Shown piece after piece: positions 20,941 to 32,030 of a DNA stretch of 53,245 bases. The position numbers were made by a program, and so were the translations under genes. The notes below the pieces were generated by a model that made no database searches, had not been told where the DNA came from, and saw only the letters and a list, made by a program, of their open reading frames with translations. The DNA lies in the IMG/VR virus record IMGVR_UViG_3300032246_001650, positions 1-53,245 of that record; one strand, 5' to 3'. Origin of the DNA: a virus. Its lineage: Duplodnaviria; Caudoviricetes. Numbering within the stretch: the stretch's first letter is position 1; each line of letters starts with the position of its first letter.

Positions 20941-21732
20941 ATGAAAACAGTAATTCTTGGTGATTCGCATGGAAGAGATTTGTGGAAACAAATCGTTGAA
21001 ATTGAAAATGATGCTGACCGCATTATATTTTTAGGAGATTATTTTGACTCATTTGACATACCAGGTGTAGTTCAATTACAAAATTTTCTAGACATAGTTG
21101 AATTTAAAAAGAATTCAGATAAGGAAGTAATATTGTTGTTTGGTAATCATGATTATCATTACATGCCTGGTTTTACAGGTTATGGTTATTCAGGTTATCA
21201 ATCAGGAATGGCTTATCAGTTTAGAGATGCTATTGAACAAAACTTAGAACATTTTCAAATGGTTTATTTATTCAATGATGTTTTATGTTCGCATGCGGGT
21301 ATTAGTCCTGAATGGTTAGAAATGTCATTTGGTAAACCTAATGATGAATCCGGACATAACTGGAATATTGATATAATAGATGGTATCAAACATGTTGTTG
21401 AATTAATTAATGATCATTTTAAATATAAACCATCAATATTTGAATTTAATGGTTTTAATGGTTATGGTGATAACACATGGCAAACACCTATTTGGATTCG
21501 TCCTAATTCATTATTGAAAGCAAATAAAAAAGATCCTAGGTTGAAAGACCAAATAATTCAAGTAGTAGGTCATACAGGTGTTAAAGATATCTTCAGTTCT
21601 GTTTTAGCAACTGAAAAATCAATGGGTGGTAGATATTATTTGAATGATGCTATTGAATCAAGAGGTTATTTAGTTCATGAGAATGGTAAATTTATCCCTA
21701 AAGAAGTAAGTAATGACACAGCAGGAGTTTGA
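20941..21732 (+). CDS. Metallophosphoesterase
   Basis: GDSHG, GDYFD, GNHD, SHAG, VVGHT. Confidence 0.9.
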   Translation: MKTVILGDSHGRDLWKQIVEIENDADRIIFLGDYFDSFDIPGVVQLQNFLDIVEFKKNSDKEVILLFGNHDYHYMPGFTGYGYSGYQSGMAYQFRDAIEQNLEHFQMVYLFNDVLCSHAGISPEWLEMSFGKPNDESGHNWNIDIIDGIKHVVELINDHFKYKPSIFEFNGFNGYGDNTWQTPIWIRPNSLLKANKKDPRLKDQIIQVVGHTGVKDIFSSVLATEKSMGGRYYLNDAIESRGYLVHENGKFIPKEVSNDTAGV

Positions 21733-22024
21733 ACTAAATAGACAAAAATGGATCAAAGAATGGGCTGATAAATGGAGATTACTTGATATTGATTTTGAAG
21801 CTTATATGCTTATGCAAGGTATGAGTCCAGATGAATATAAAAAAATGAATGAAGAAAGTTGGAAAGTAAATAACAATGAAAAATAAAATTGATTGGGATA
21901 AAGTTAAAACAACTATTTACTTAGTTGTATGGTTGGTTTTAATGATAGGTATTCCTTATTTATTCCTTTTGTAACAATAGATTGGATCCTCGAAAGAGGA
22001 TCCATATATTAAATAAAATAAGTT

Positions 22025-25000
22025 ATGACAAAATTAAATAAAGAAACAGTATTGCCTTTAGCAGCAATGATGACAGGTAATGTTTACACGGAGGCGTTGA
22101 AACAATCTATGGAATCATTTGATTGGAGTGAAACAATGTATGCTAGATCATCTACACCAAATAGTCCAATGACTAAAAAGCAAGTTAAAGCAAGAGCTAA
22201 AAATAAAGCCGCTCGTAAAGCAAGAAAGAAAAATAAAAAATGAGCAATCAATATAAAATCACAATCACATTGTTGGATAAAGACGATAATACTCTTGTAT
22301 CAACAGACGCTAAAATGACTCAAGACATCATTTTACATTTGGCTAAAATGCATAAAATAGATGGTTTGCAAGAACTATTTAGTATTGTTAAGGAACAATT
22401 CTTTGAACAAATGCAACAAAATCAAAAAGACCAAATAAATAACTACAATGAATAATCAAGCAGAACCATCATTACAAGCATCACAAATGTTTGACTTACA
22501 AGTTGAACTATTTTGGAAAACAATTTATAAAGGTCAAGATCTTGATTATGTTGATTGGGAATTACAAAAACATATTAAAAAGTTTGTCCACAAAGAAATC
22601 AATACAGTAATAAAAGCATTATCAAATGTTTTAGAAGGAGAAGAATTTAGCAATGCTTTAAAATATTGGAATGAAGTAAAAGAAGAAGTAGAAAAGTTAT
22701 GAGACGTGAATTAGGTTTATTTGCTAGATGGATATTAAAACACTATGAAACATCTGATGTTGGTGGTTATTTTTGTTGGAGGGATCCAATGGGTAATATT
22801 GTAACTGAACAAGATATAGTTAACCACTACATAAAAGAGCAAAAACCAGAGGTAGTAGAAACAGAAGAACTACTAGAGAAGTTTGCAAACAAGATTAATA
22901 ACATGCAAGACTTAGATCCAGAGTATAATGAGATTATCTCTCAAAACTTTGATTATCTAACTAGTAGTAAAAAACTTCCTCCACCTCCTCCTCCTAGTAG
23001 AGTTATGGTAAATGGTCAATGGATGGAATTACCTAAGAGCAAATAACCATGTTCAGTAAAGAAGTAGCTGGGAATAGAGAAAGGTATTTTGCTCTACAAG
23101 AAAAATACAAACAAATCATTGATGAGGCCTATAATGATTATTGTAGCACTTTTAATGATTCTATTGTGGAACCAAATACAAAAGAAGTGTTTATTGATAA
23201 ATGTAAACATAGTATAGAGTATTCAACAAAGTGGGGGTTGAAAATTGAAGAAAAGAATTTAACCCGAGATGAACGATACGACTTAATGCCTTCTTTAATT
23301 GGCCATCATCCAGGAAATATTGCTATGAGAAAACAAATAAATAACTTTGAAAGTAACACCCCAGGGGTATCTTATCATGAAGAATGGTTAGACTCATTCT
23401 GGATGCCAACTAAATTAATCACAGTAACATACAACAATGAAATGATTGAAGCTTATGTTTATGAATAAAGCAAGAGAATATTCATCACCATTAATAAATG
23501 AATTATTGAATGAAATAACACCTGAGGAAATGGAGAAAACAAGACTGGAAATGGAAGCAATGATACCTAAGTTTAAAGTAGGTGATAAACTAAAGGCAAT
23601 TGATTATGATAGAGAAGAATATGGTTTAGAATATGTAACCATTACTTCTATTAATGAGGAAAAACAAGTGTATCATTGGGAAGCAGATGAGGTAATGTTT
23701 GATATAGGAGGTAAAATTAGTTCAGGATATTTCTTTCACGAGGCAATAGAATATAAAGATGAAGTTGATATAGGTGAGATGATTAATGTTTGGATTGAGT
23801 ATCATGGTTATCTTGATTTAGATACAGATGAGCAAGTGATTATTAATTTTTACAATAAAATAAAAGGAGATGTAAAATGAATGGACTGACAGTATGGTTA
23901 TTGGGATTTTGGAGTGGAATTTTAATTAGTAAAGCAATTAACAGTAATAAAACACGGAGGTAAGTAAATGACAAATAATAAACAACAAACACCATTAGAA
24001 TGGTTTGTAGAAAGAATACAAAGTGATAAAATATTCAACTTTGAAAATGTTTTACAACAAGCCAAAGAAATGGAGAAGGAGAGAATGATTGATTTTGTTT
24101 CTTGGATAGCAAATGCTGAATGGATGAGTATTTGGGTAGTTGACAAATGGATGTGGGAATGCCAAAAAGAAAATTCAAATACAACTTACAAAACACATAA
24201 AGAACTACTTGATATATACTACAACGAAACATACGGAGGTAACAAATGAAAGTAATAGAAATTAAAACGCTAAAAGATTTACCACTATATGGAAAATATG
24301 TTCTGGTAAATGGTATTGATGAATTACAATACGGGACAAGACAATGGCATGTATGTGAAATGAACGACCTTGAGGATGGAGTTGATTTTGAAAAAAATGG
24401 TAGTTTTTATTGGCTTACCGAAAGGGGGACTAAGATTACGCAAGTAACACATTGGGCTGAGTTGCCTATTTTAACTAAATTAACATACGGAGGTAATAAA
24501 TGATAATATTAGCAGCAGTACTTGTATCTTGTCCTTTATGGTTAATAGCATCATATTTAAAAGACATAGTTAAACAAGGATATAACAAATGAAATCTCAA
24601 TTAATGCAATTTAGATTGTATCGTAAATGGATAGGTGGTACTTATTATCTAATAGATACTTGGATTACACTTCCATTTTGGTCTGACAAACTAATAACAA
24701 GTTGTGGAGGTAAAGTACTTAAAATAGAAACATACAGACAATAAATCATATCAAAAATTTGAATGAGGGGGATGTGGATGAAGAAGAGGATGACGATGAG
24801 GAAAAAAACAATAACAGATAATAACAATAATAATAATCCAGGGACAATAACAATAACAACAACATGATAACATTAATCATAATCAGTTACATCATCAGTT
24901 TCATATTTACTGCTAGCACCATCCATCAGGGATGGAGTGAAAAGGACAAAGACCAATTCAACAGTGGATTAACATTTTTATTAGCGAGTGTGTTGATTGG

Positions 25001-25248
25001 ATTTATAGCAGGATGGATAATAGTAGTAATGTACATCTGGTATAAAATTAAAGACCATTTTGATGAACACTTTAATGAATAAAGTAACAATGAATAAAAT
25101 AGCATTTGTCCGTGTATTAACAATGTTAGATACATTAATGATGGTCTTGACTGATGATGAATTGGAGGCGTTAATAGACGAGTTAACAGTGTTATATGAG
25201 GTGTATAGTGATAAGGTGGACATGCGAATGGGTGACCAATCCGAATAA
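22025..25248 (+). CDS. Tightly packed cluster of more than 12 small hypothetical proteins
   Basis: Consecutive overlapping ORFs (22025, 22240, 22448, 22699, 23049, ~23461, 23968, 24246, 24864, ~25072 and shorter ones); no recognisable domains. Confidence 0.6.
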
Positions 25249-25727
25249 TATGGATATCCAAATATTAGAATATAAATATGGTATGTGACCTGTTATGTAA
25301 TATGGATGGGGTTTGAGAGATGGTGTGGTCTAACCCCTTTTCCGCGCGCGGCCAAGCCCTCGTACAGATAAAGAAGGATATACCTCTCGCGCAGAACGTT
25401 TGGCTCTCCGCGCCTGGGATGTTATATTAACGATATGGAAGAACAAGTTGTATACGAAAAAGAATATGGAGAGGAAACATACGGTGAGGTTAGATTGAGA
25501 GATGGCATTTACAGATGTTATGCAACATCACAATTCGGAGGTGAGTTTAATCAAGAAGGTGGTGAATATGACAATATAGAAGAAGCAATTAAATTTATTG
25601 AATCATTAACTTAAAACAGATTTGGCCTCCCAGGATCAAGATGTTATATTTACGGAGTAATAGGAAATAAAAACAAAATCTTAACCAACGTATTGGGGTT
25701 TAAATCCCGTTAGGCTCTGGTTAGGAC

Positions 25728-25816
25728 AGTCAGGTGGCGGAATGGTAGACGTATTAACTCACTGAGATGACTTCAATTCGAGAAAAGATTTGCAGGTTCG
25801 AATCCTGTCCTGACTA
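25728..25816 (+). ncRNA. tRNA-Leu-like element with non-canonical central domain
   Basis: AGTCAGGTGGCGGAATGGTAGACG...GCAGGTTCGAATCCTGTCCTGACTA. Confidence 0.75.
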
Positions 25817-25969
25817 CAAACATGTAAGAAATTTATCTTGCATATATTTATTATCGTACAACAGGTACAATCAGTAGCCCCAGACCCGCTAGATGCGTAT
25901 AAGAATGTCGACCGTGGAGCCCTCAGTATTAAGCCTTGAGTACACAACCACATACAAAAACAAAAAATA

Positions 25970-25985
25970 TGCCCGTAAGGGCTTT
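25970..25985 (+). terminator. Short hairpin, possible terminator
   Basis: GCCC-GTAA-GGGC followed by TTT. Confidence 0.4.
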
Positions 25986-26066
25986 CGGTGTCTCTCCTTA
26001 ACCTCTTGTTTGGCTCTGTGGGACACAGATGTTATATTTATGTCATAATAAAAATAAATAAAGGTT

Positions 26067-26468
26067 ATGAAAAAAGTTATTATTGCTCCTGGAAATCGTG
26101 ATTTGAGAATTTTGATGGATGAAAATTTTAAAGCAGGTAAAGGTACTTACCGCGTCATCACCAAATGCCAAGCCGGGTTTATGGTTTCAAGTGATATTGA
26201 AGCCGATAGCGCCATTGGAGCATTCAGACGTTTCAAGCCTAAAGCTATTCAATCGATTGCCTTTATAAGCCATGGTTACCCAATCACTGTTTATGCTCGT
26301 GCCGGTAAGAAGGTTTGGGCGAGTGAATGTTTCTTGAGTGAGGTGACTGTAGGTGATATTAATCAAGAATTATATAACACAGCATTATATGGCCCAGGCC
26401 AATATAAGTCAGTTAATGCTAAAACATGGGCCGATAAAGCTTATGTAATGAATGAGGAGGTTAAATAA
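26067..26468 (+). CDS. Hypothetical protein
   Basis: Promoter-led 133-aa ORF. Confidence 0.7.
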   Translation: MKKVIIAPGNRDLRILMDENFKAGKGTYRVITKCQAGFMVSSDIEADSAIGAFRRFKPKAIQSIAFISHGYPITVYARAGKKVWASECFLSEVTVGDINQELYNTALYGPGQYKSVNAKTWADKAYVMNEEVK

Positions 26469-27398
26469 TGTTTGGCCTCCCCAATCCAGGATGTTATATT
26501 AACATTATAAGATAATAAAGGTTATGAAAATGATAATGTATAAAGATTTGATTAAACAAGCTCATCAGCTAGGTATTCACACCAAAGGATTAACTTATTC
26601 ACAAATACTTAAACACGTACAAAATAAACAAAAATAAAGGTTATGATGAAAAAAATTGATTTTAGATTTGTATTAGGAGCCATAGCATGCTTTGGATTAT
26701 GTTATAGCTTAGTTATGGGTAAGACAGGAATTGAATTCCAGGATGCCATAGCTGAAATGTTAATGTTCATTATATCATTTATAGGTGGATTGGTTTGTTT
26801 ATCATTAATTAGAAAATAATAAAATGGAACATTTAGCATATGTAGAAAAACGAGCAATGGAATTATCATCTGCTGTTGGTTACCTTAGAGGATTTATGAA
26901 TGGACATTTGTTATATAACAATCTTACACCATCACAATTTAAACTTGGATATGAAACATTGACACGATCATATGAATTGGGAGGTGATTATATGGACCCG
27001 TTTGATATGGAACGATTGAAAAAACGCGCCGAGGAATTGGGTGTGGAAATTTAACACGAACCTTTATTTTATTATTATAATATGGTGGTACACCTGGTGG
27101 TGTACTGCCTATGTACAACATGTATATGTACGTACAACTTACCCACTATATACCACGTGCGTTATTATCCATACCGGTGTGGCTATATGGGAAAAGGGAC
27201 TTAGATCGCCCTTCACATAGTATATAACTATAGCAGGTCGACAGATATATACTTATATCCCCCCCAAAATGAATCACAAAGTCCATATATGGGAAATTTT
27301 TTAAAAAGCCAAAGGACCAAAAGAAGATCTCTTAAAAAGAAGTTTGGCTACCCAAGAATATATACGTATATTTATGTCATAATAAAGGTTATAGAATC

Positions 27399-28690
27399 AT
27401 GAAAAAATCACAAATAGAAAAAGTAAAAGTAGGAGAAGTATTTATAGTTTCACCTCATCATAGTTTATCAAATCCAATACCAATATACGGAATTGTTATT
27501 GCTATTAAATGGTATATAAAAACAAACGCTTATGTTCATATGCATTATTGTGATGCAGATGGCAACCGTATTGGTAGTGGTGCAACAGTTAAAACTTTGA
27601 GTAAATTAGTAAAATTAAACAATTTGTAAACAAATAACAATCAATAGATTTATAATATACGGAGGTAACAAATGAGCAACAATAAACAACAAACGGCAGT
27701 AGAGAAAGCAAAAGAACTGGTTGAAAAATTCGAACAACTATACAATTACACATCACAAGCCAATATGTTATGCGAATCAACCGCTAAGCAATGTGCGATA
27801 ATTCATGTCAATGAAATGATAAAAAAATTAGTAGAGTTGTCTGATAATAAATTCACATATCTTAATGATGTGATGCATTATCAAGAAGTAAAACAAGCAA
27901 TAGAAGCCTACGGAGGAGATAACAAATGAAACTATACACAGAAGAAGAAGTAAAGCAAATGCTAATCAAAACAGATATGTTCACACCACTGCATATTGAC
28001 CATATTATGAATGAAACAACACCCATTGAACTACCAAGTGATGAGGATATAGAATCAGAGGCAAGATTTTATGAAAATTATAATGAATGTATGGATGAAT
28101 TAGAATCTGAAATAGCATCAGGAAGATATGGGTTTGTAGATGGTGCAAAATGGATGCGTGATAAAATACAAGGAGGTAACAAATAATGGAAATATTTTTT
28201 TTAGGATTAGGAGTAGTTGTAGCAATGGGAATGGTTACAATTGGTTATGCTACAAAAAGACAAGACGGTAATTCAACTGCAGTTGTGTTTAGCATAGGTT
28301 TAGCTTTACTTTTCTTTAGTTTGCTTGGATTAGGAATTTGTCTTGGTAATCTTCCACATGTGGTGAAAAAGAAAATTGAGCCTACTGTTAGGGTAGAATG
28401 TGTTAACGGTACATGTGATACAATTTACATGTATGAATTTAAAGAAGATTAAACCTCTTGTTTGGCCTTCCAAATTCAGGATGTTATATTTACCGAGTAA
28501 TAAAGGTTATAAAATCATGAAAAAAGAAGAAATTTTAGAAAGTTTAGAATCACTTAAAAAAATGTTAAACAAAATGTTAGTTGAAGGTGAAGCTAAAGGT
28601 AAAGAAGTTAGCGTCGCTTACGAATGTGGTATCTACATAGGAACTATTAAAGCTACAATTAACGAACTAGAAAATATTTTAGGAAAATAA
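27399..28690 (+). CDS. Small hypothetical proteins (27399, 27672, 27926, 28186, ~28517)
   Basis: ORF track; GGAGG-containing YGGNK junctions. Confidence 0.6.
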
Positions 28691-28697
28691 AATATAT

Positions 28698-28788
28698 AGT
28701 CAGGTGTCGGCAGTCCTATCTATCGGGGTTCGAATCCCACTAGAAACGGTGATAGAACGGATAACAGGTTCGAGTCCTGTCCTGACTA
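28698..28788 (+). ncRNA. tRNA-like element with a second, internal T-loop hairpin
   Basis: Same acceptor and T arm as the family; internal GGG-TTCGAAT-CCC at ~28726-28738. Confidence 0.7.
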
Positions 28789-28802
28789 CAAAAATAAAGA
28801 TT

Positions 28803-28988
28803 ATGATAAAACATATTAAACGTTTTTTATTTTCATTTACTAAAGAAGGAATTGAACAACAGAGAGTCCAAATGTTACAACAAAATTGTAAACATGAAAG
28901 ATGGAATATGGATAAACAAATTAGAACGATAGAATGTAAATCCTGTGGTTTAAGAGCATGGGTTGATGATTATACCAATCTATATTAA
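28803..28988 (+). CDS. Small zinc-ribbon-like protein
   Basis: CKH...CKSCG; start reassigned downstream of the RNA element. Confidence 0.6.
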   Translation: MIKHIKRFLFSFTKEGIEQQRVQMLQQNCKHERWNMDKQIRTIECKSCGLRAWVDDYTNLY

Positions 28989-28997
28989 AATAAAAAT

Positions 28998-29082
28998 AGT
29001 CAGGTGGCGGAATTGGTAGACGCAGTAGGGAGAGCCAAAGAGGTATCTACGAAAGTTATAGGTTCGAATCCTGTCCTGACTA
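28998..29082 (+). ncRNA. tRNA-Leu-like element with expanded anticodon loop
   Basis: Canonical Leu D arm GGCGGAATTGGTAGACGC; GTAGG/TCTAC stem closes a 16-nt loop; family acceptor and T arm. Confidence 0.75.
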
Positions 29083-29156
29083 CAAAATGAAGCCTCTCCT
29101 GTTTGGCTTCCGTATATCCAGATGTTATATTTACCGTATAATAAGAAATAAAGGTT

Positions 29157-29780
29157 ATGTATAGAATTAATGAAAATTTAAGCAAAGAAGAAAATTTAGA
29201 GTTAGCTAAAGCTTACCAAGAACAAGCCAAAGATATCGTAGAACGATTTGATGCTATTGTAAAAGAAGCTAATAAGTTTTGCCCCGGAAATACTTATGGA
29301 TTAAGTAAATCACAATTAGTTAAACACCAATCACCAACTGAAACTAGAAATAGATTATCTAATTGTGTTACTGCTGAATGGTATGTTAAATCTGTTTTTT
29401 CAAACAGAGAAAGGGAAGCCAAAGAAAAAGCCGAAAAGGAAGTCGCTATTGAACGCACCAAAAAATTGGAAGCCGAAAAATCACAGTTGCTAAACGAAGC
29501 TATTGCATTTTGTTTAGGCAACGGTAAGTTGTTTGGAACTGATTTCATTGTTGAAAATGCCATCCAAGTAGCTAATGACATTGCTTTCCAAGCTAAAATT
29601 AAATTACGCAACGAGGAAATCGGAGATGGTTACATTGGCTTTAGTGGCCAAAACTGTGAAGATGAATGTGCAGGATGGAATCCACAAGACAGAAGATGTG
29701 AATGTGGTAACAGAAGAGTATCTTGGACTAATGAATATTCTGATTTTAGGAACATGGAAATTTATGCTGAAGCTTGGTAA
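29157..29780 (+). CDS. Hypothetical protein with Cys-rich C-terminus
   Basis: CEDECAGW...RRCECGNRRVSW. Confidence 0.75.
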   Translation: MYRINENLSKEENLELAKAYQEQAKDIVERFDAIVKEANKFCPGNTYGLSKSQLVKHQSPTETRNRLSNCVTAEWYVKSVFSNREREAKEKAEKEVAIERTKKLEAEKSQLLNEAIAFCLGNGKLFGTDFIVENAIQVANDIAFQAKIKLRNEEIGDGYIGFSGQNCEDECAGWNPQDRRCECGNRRVSWTNEYSDFRNMEIYAEAW

Positions 29781-29839
29781 GGGGTTTGGCTTTACCAAGT
29801 TCGGATGTTATATTTACCGTATAATAAGAAATAAAGATT

Positions 29840-31178
29840 ATGACAAGAGTTAGTGTAATTATTAAAAGCCACTTAAATGATGCAATGGTTGAAATGGATT
29901 CTAATCCAATTTTAGCACAAAAACGTTTACGTTTTGTAAAGTATTTGGTTCATATGTTTCCTGACACCAATACTAGAATTGATGAGGATATTGTTTATCA
30001 ACAATTTAAATTAGGAGATAAATAATATGAAAGATTTTATACTATTTGAAGAAGCATTAGAGTTAAAGCAACTTGGATTTGACGAACCTTGTTTTACTGT
30101 CTACAACAATAGTAATTTAGTTAATTGGTGGGAAGACGCTGAACCTGTAAATAATAGTCAAATAGTTGAAGGATTTATCACAGCACCAACCTACTCACAA
30201 GCATTTAGATGGTTTAGAGAGAAGTACGATTTATTTATAAGCATTTTCCATTATGAAAATGGTTACTCTATAAACGATTTAAGAAGATTTGATACCTACG
30301 AAGAAGCAGAACTTGCTTGTCTCAAGAAGTTAATTGAAATAGTAAAAGAAAATGCAAACTGATCTAATCACCTTAGATGATGAGATGTATCAACAGCTTA
30401 AATCCATGTGGCAAAGCAAGGATGATGGTGATAAGGCCTTATTTAAAGGTATTATTGTAAATCAACTTAACCATAAGGATCTACTAACAGAATATTATGC
30501 TCATTTATTAGTTGGTGTTATACACCCATCATTAACAAACCAAGAACATTGGATTATGAAAAGATTTAATTTACAAATGAAATTATGGAGCCAAGGAATT
30601 ACACCCAAGACGCTATCAATATAATTAAAAAATGCCCCCAATGTATGGCATCTGTTAAACAAAAACCATGTGATGACTATCAAGCGCGGTTTGGAGCGTT
30701 TATACGCGTTAGACATGGTATTATAACCACTAACTTGATTGATTGGGCAACTGTGGCGCAAACCATAAACTCTCAATTATAAACAAATATAGTAAATATT
30801 TGGTTAGTTTCAATAGACGGTATATGTGGTATATGTGTATATACGGATAGATAGATAATAGTAGGGCAAGCAAACTTTGCAATGGATAAAGGATTAGTTA
30901 TAGATGCAACAATGTGGGCTCAATTAGAAGAAATGTTTTTCTATGGAACTAAAGAAGATGTTCATCTAGCTGTAGGTATTATTGCTGAATGTGAACTTGA
31001 AAGTTTTGGTCCAATAGGATGTTGGTATATGAAACAAATTCATGATTATGTTTTAAGTAGTGAATTTGAAAATGATGTTCATATTTTTATAATTAGGACT
31101 GTCCAATGGCTTAAAGATACAGAAGCTTGGAAGAAGATGCGTAAAGAGGAAGAACTGGTTTGGCCTCCGAGGATGTAG
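29840..31178 (+). CDS. Small hypothetical proteins (29840, 30027, 30352, 30585, 30882)
   Basis: ORF track; 30027 has the ALELKQLGFDEPC...APTYSQAFRWFREK pattern. Confidence 0.6.
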
Positions 31179-31214
31179 ATGCTATATTTATGTCATAATA
31201 AAGAAATAAAGGTT

Positions 31215-32030
31215 ATGCAAAACGTAGAAATTAAAAGAAAAAAAGGTCGTCCAAGTACTAAAAATGTAACTTACACTCCATCATTGATCGACTTTTCAAA
31301 AGTAACTAAACTGAATAGATTAGATATCGATCCTAGAATGATGAACACCTTCAAATCAGGATTAAAAATTGATCATTTGATTTCACATGAAGGAGGTATT
31401 CCAGCCGCAACTAACATTATGATGATTGGTGATCCAGGAGTTGGTAAAACAACTGTATTGTTAGATGTTTTAGCATCTGCTCAAAATAAAGGAGCTAAAT
31501 GTTTGTTTATTTCTGGTGAAATGGGTAAAAAACAAATGTTTAAATACACTCAAAGATTCCCACAATTTGGTGTTATTAATACTTTGTTTATGCAAGATTA
31601 TTTAGAGTTCAATACTAAAGATGTTATTGAACAAGTTTTGGATGGTGGTTATGATATCGTTTTGATTGATAGTGCTGCCGAAATTATTGATGGTGTTAGA
31701 GACGATAATAATTGGGATCGTAAAATGGCTGAATCATGGTTAGTTGATGTTTGTTCTAAAAACAATAAAGGCGAAAATAAATCAAAGGCTTATACTTCGT
31801 TTTTATTAATTCAACAAGTTACTAAATCAGGTGTATTTGCCGGTTCTAATAAATTGAAACACTTAACTGATGCAATGGGTGAAATGAGAAGAGAAGCAGA
31901 AAGAGATGGTGGTGCTACTTATATTAATTTCACCAAAAACAGAAATGGTGTTGTAGACACTAAAATGTATTATGAATTGAGTAATAATAAAATTATTTAC
32001 GGTTCTGTAGTAATTAATAAGGAGGCTTAA
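31215..32030 (+). CDS. RadA/Sms-like RecA-family ATPase
   Basis: GDPGVGKTT Walker A, LFISGE, VLIDS, QVTKSG.FAG...LKHLTD. Confidence 0.8.
   Translation: MQNVEIKRKKGRPSTKNVTYTPSLIDFSKVTKLNRLDIDPRMMNTFKSGLKIDHLISHEGGIPAATNIMMIGDPGVGKTTVLLDVLASAQNKGAKCLFISGEMGKKQMFKYTQRFPQFGVINTLFMQDYLEFNTKDVIEQVLDGGYDIVLIDSAAEIIDGVRDDNNWDRKMAESWLVDVCSKNNKGENKSKAYTSFLLIQQVTKSGVFAGSNKLKHLTDAMGEMRREAERDGGATYINFTKNRNGVVDTKMYYELSNNKIIYGSVVINKEA

Noticed and set aside
24760-24863. AAC/AAT-rich tract as a functional repeat or DGR-like region
   Set aside because: It is simple low-complexity sequence, with no paired template/variable repeat and no reverse transcriptase in the window.
142-29082. tRNA-like repeats as tmRNA pieces or prophage att sites
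   Set aside because: There is no G3-U70 Ala identity or tag ORF, and no integrase is visible. The copies keep both 5' and 3' halves, unlike att duplications.
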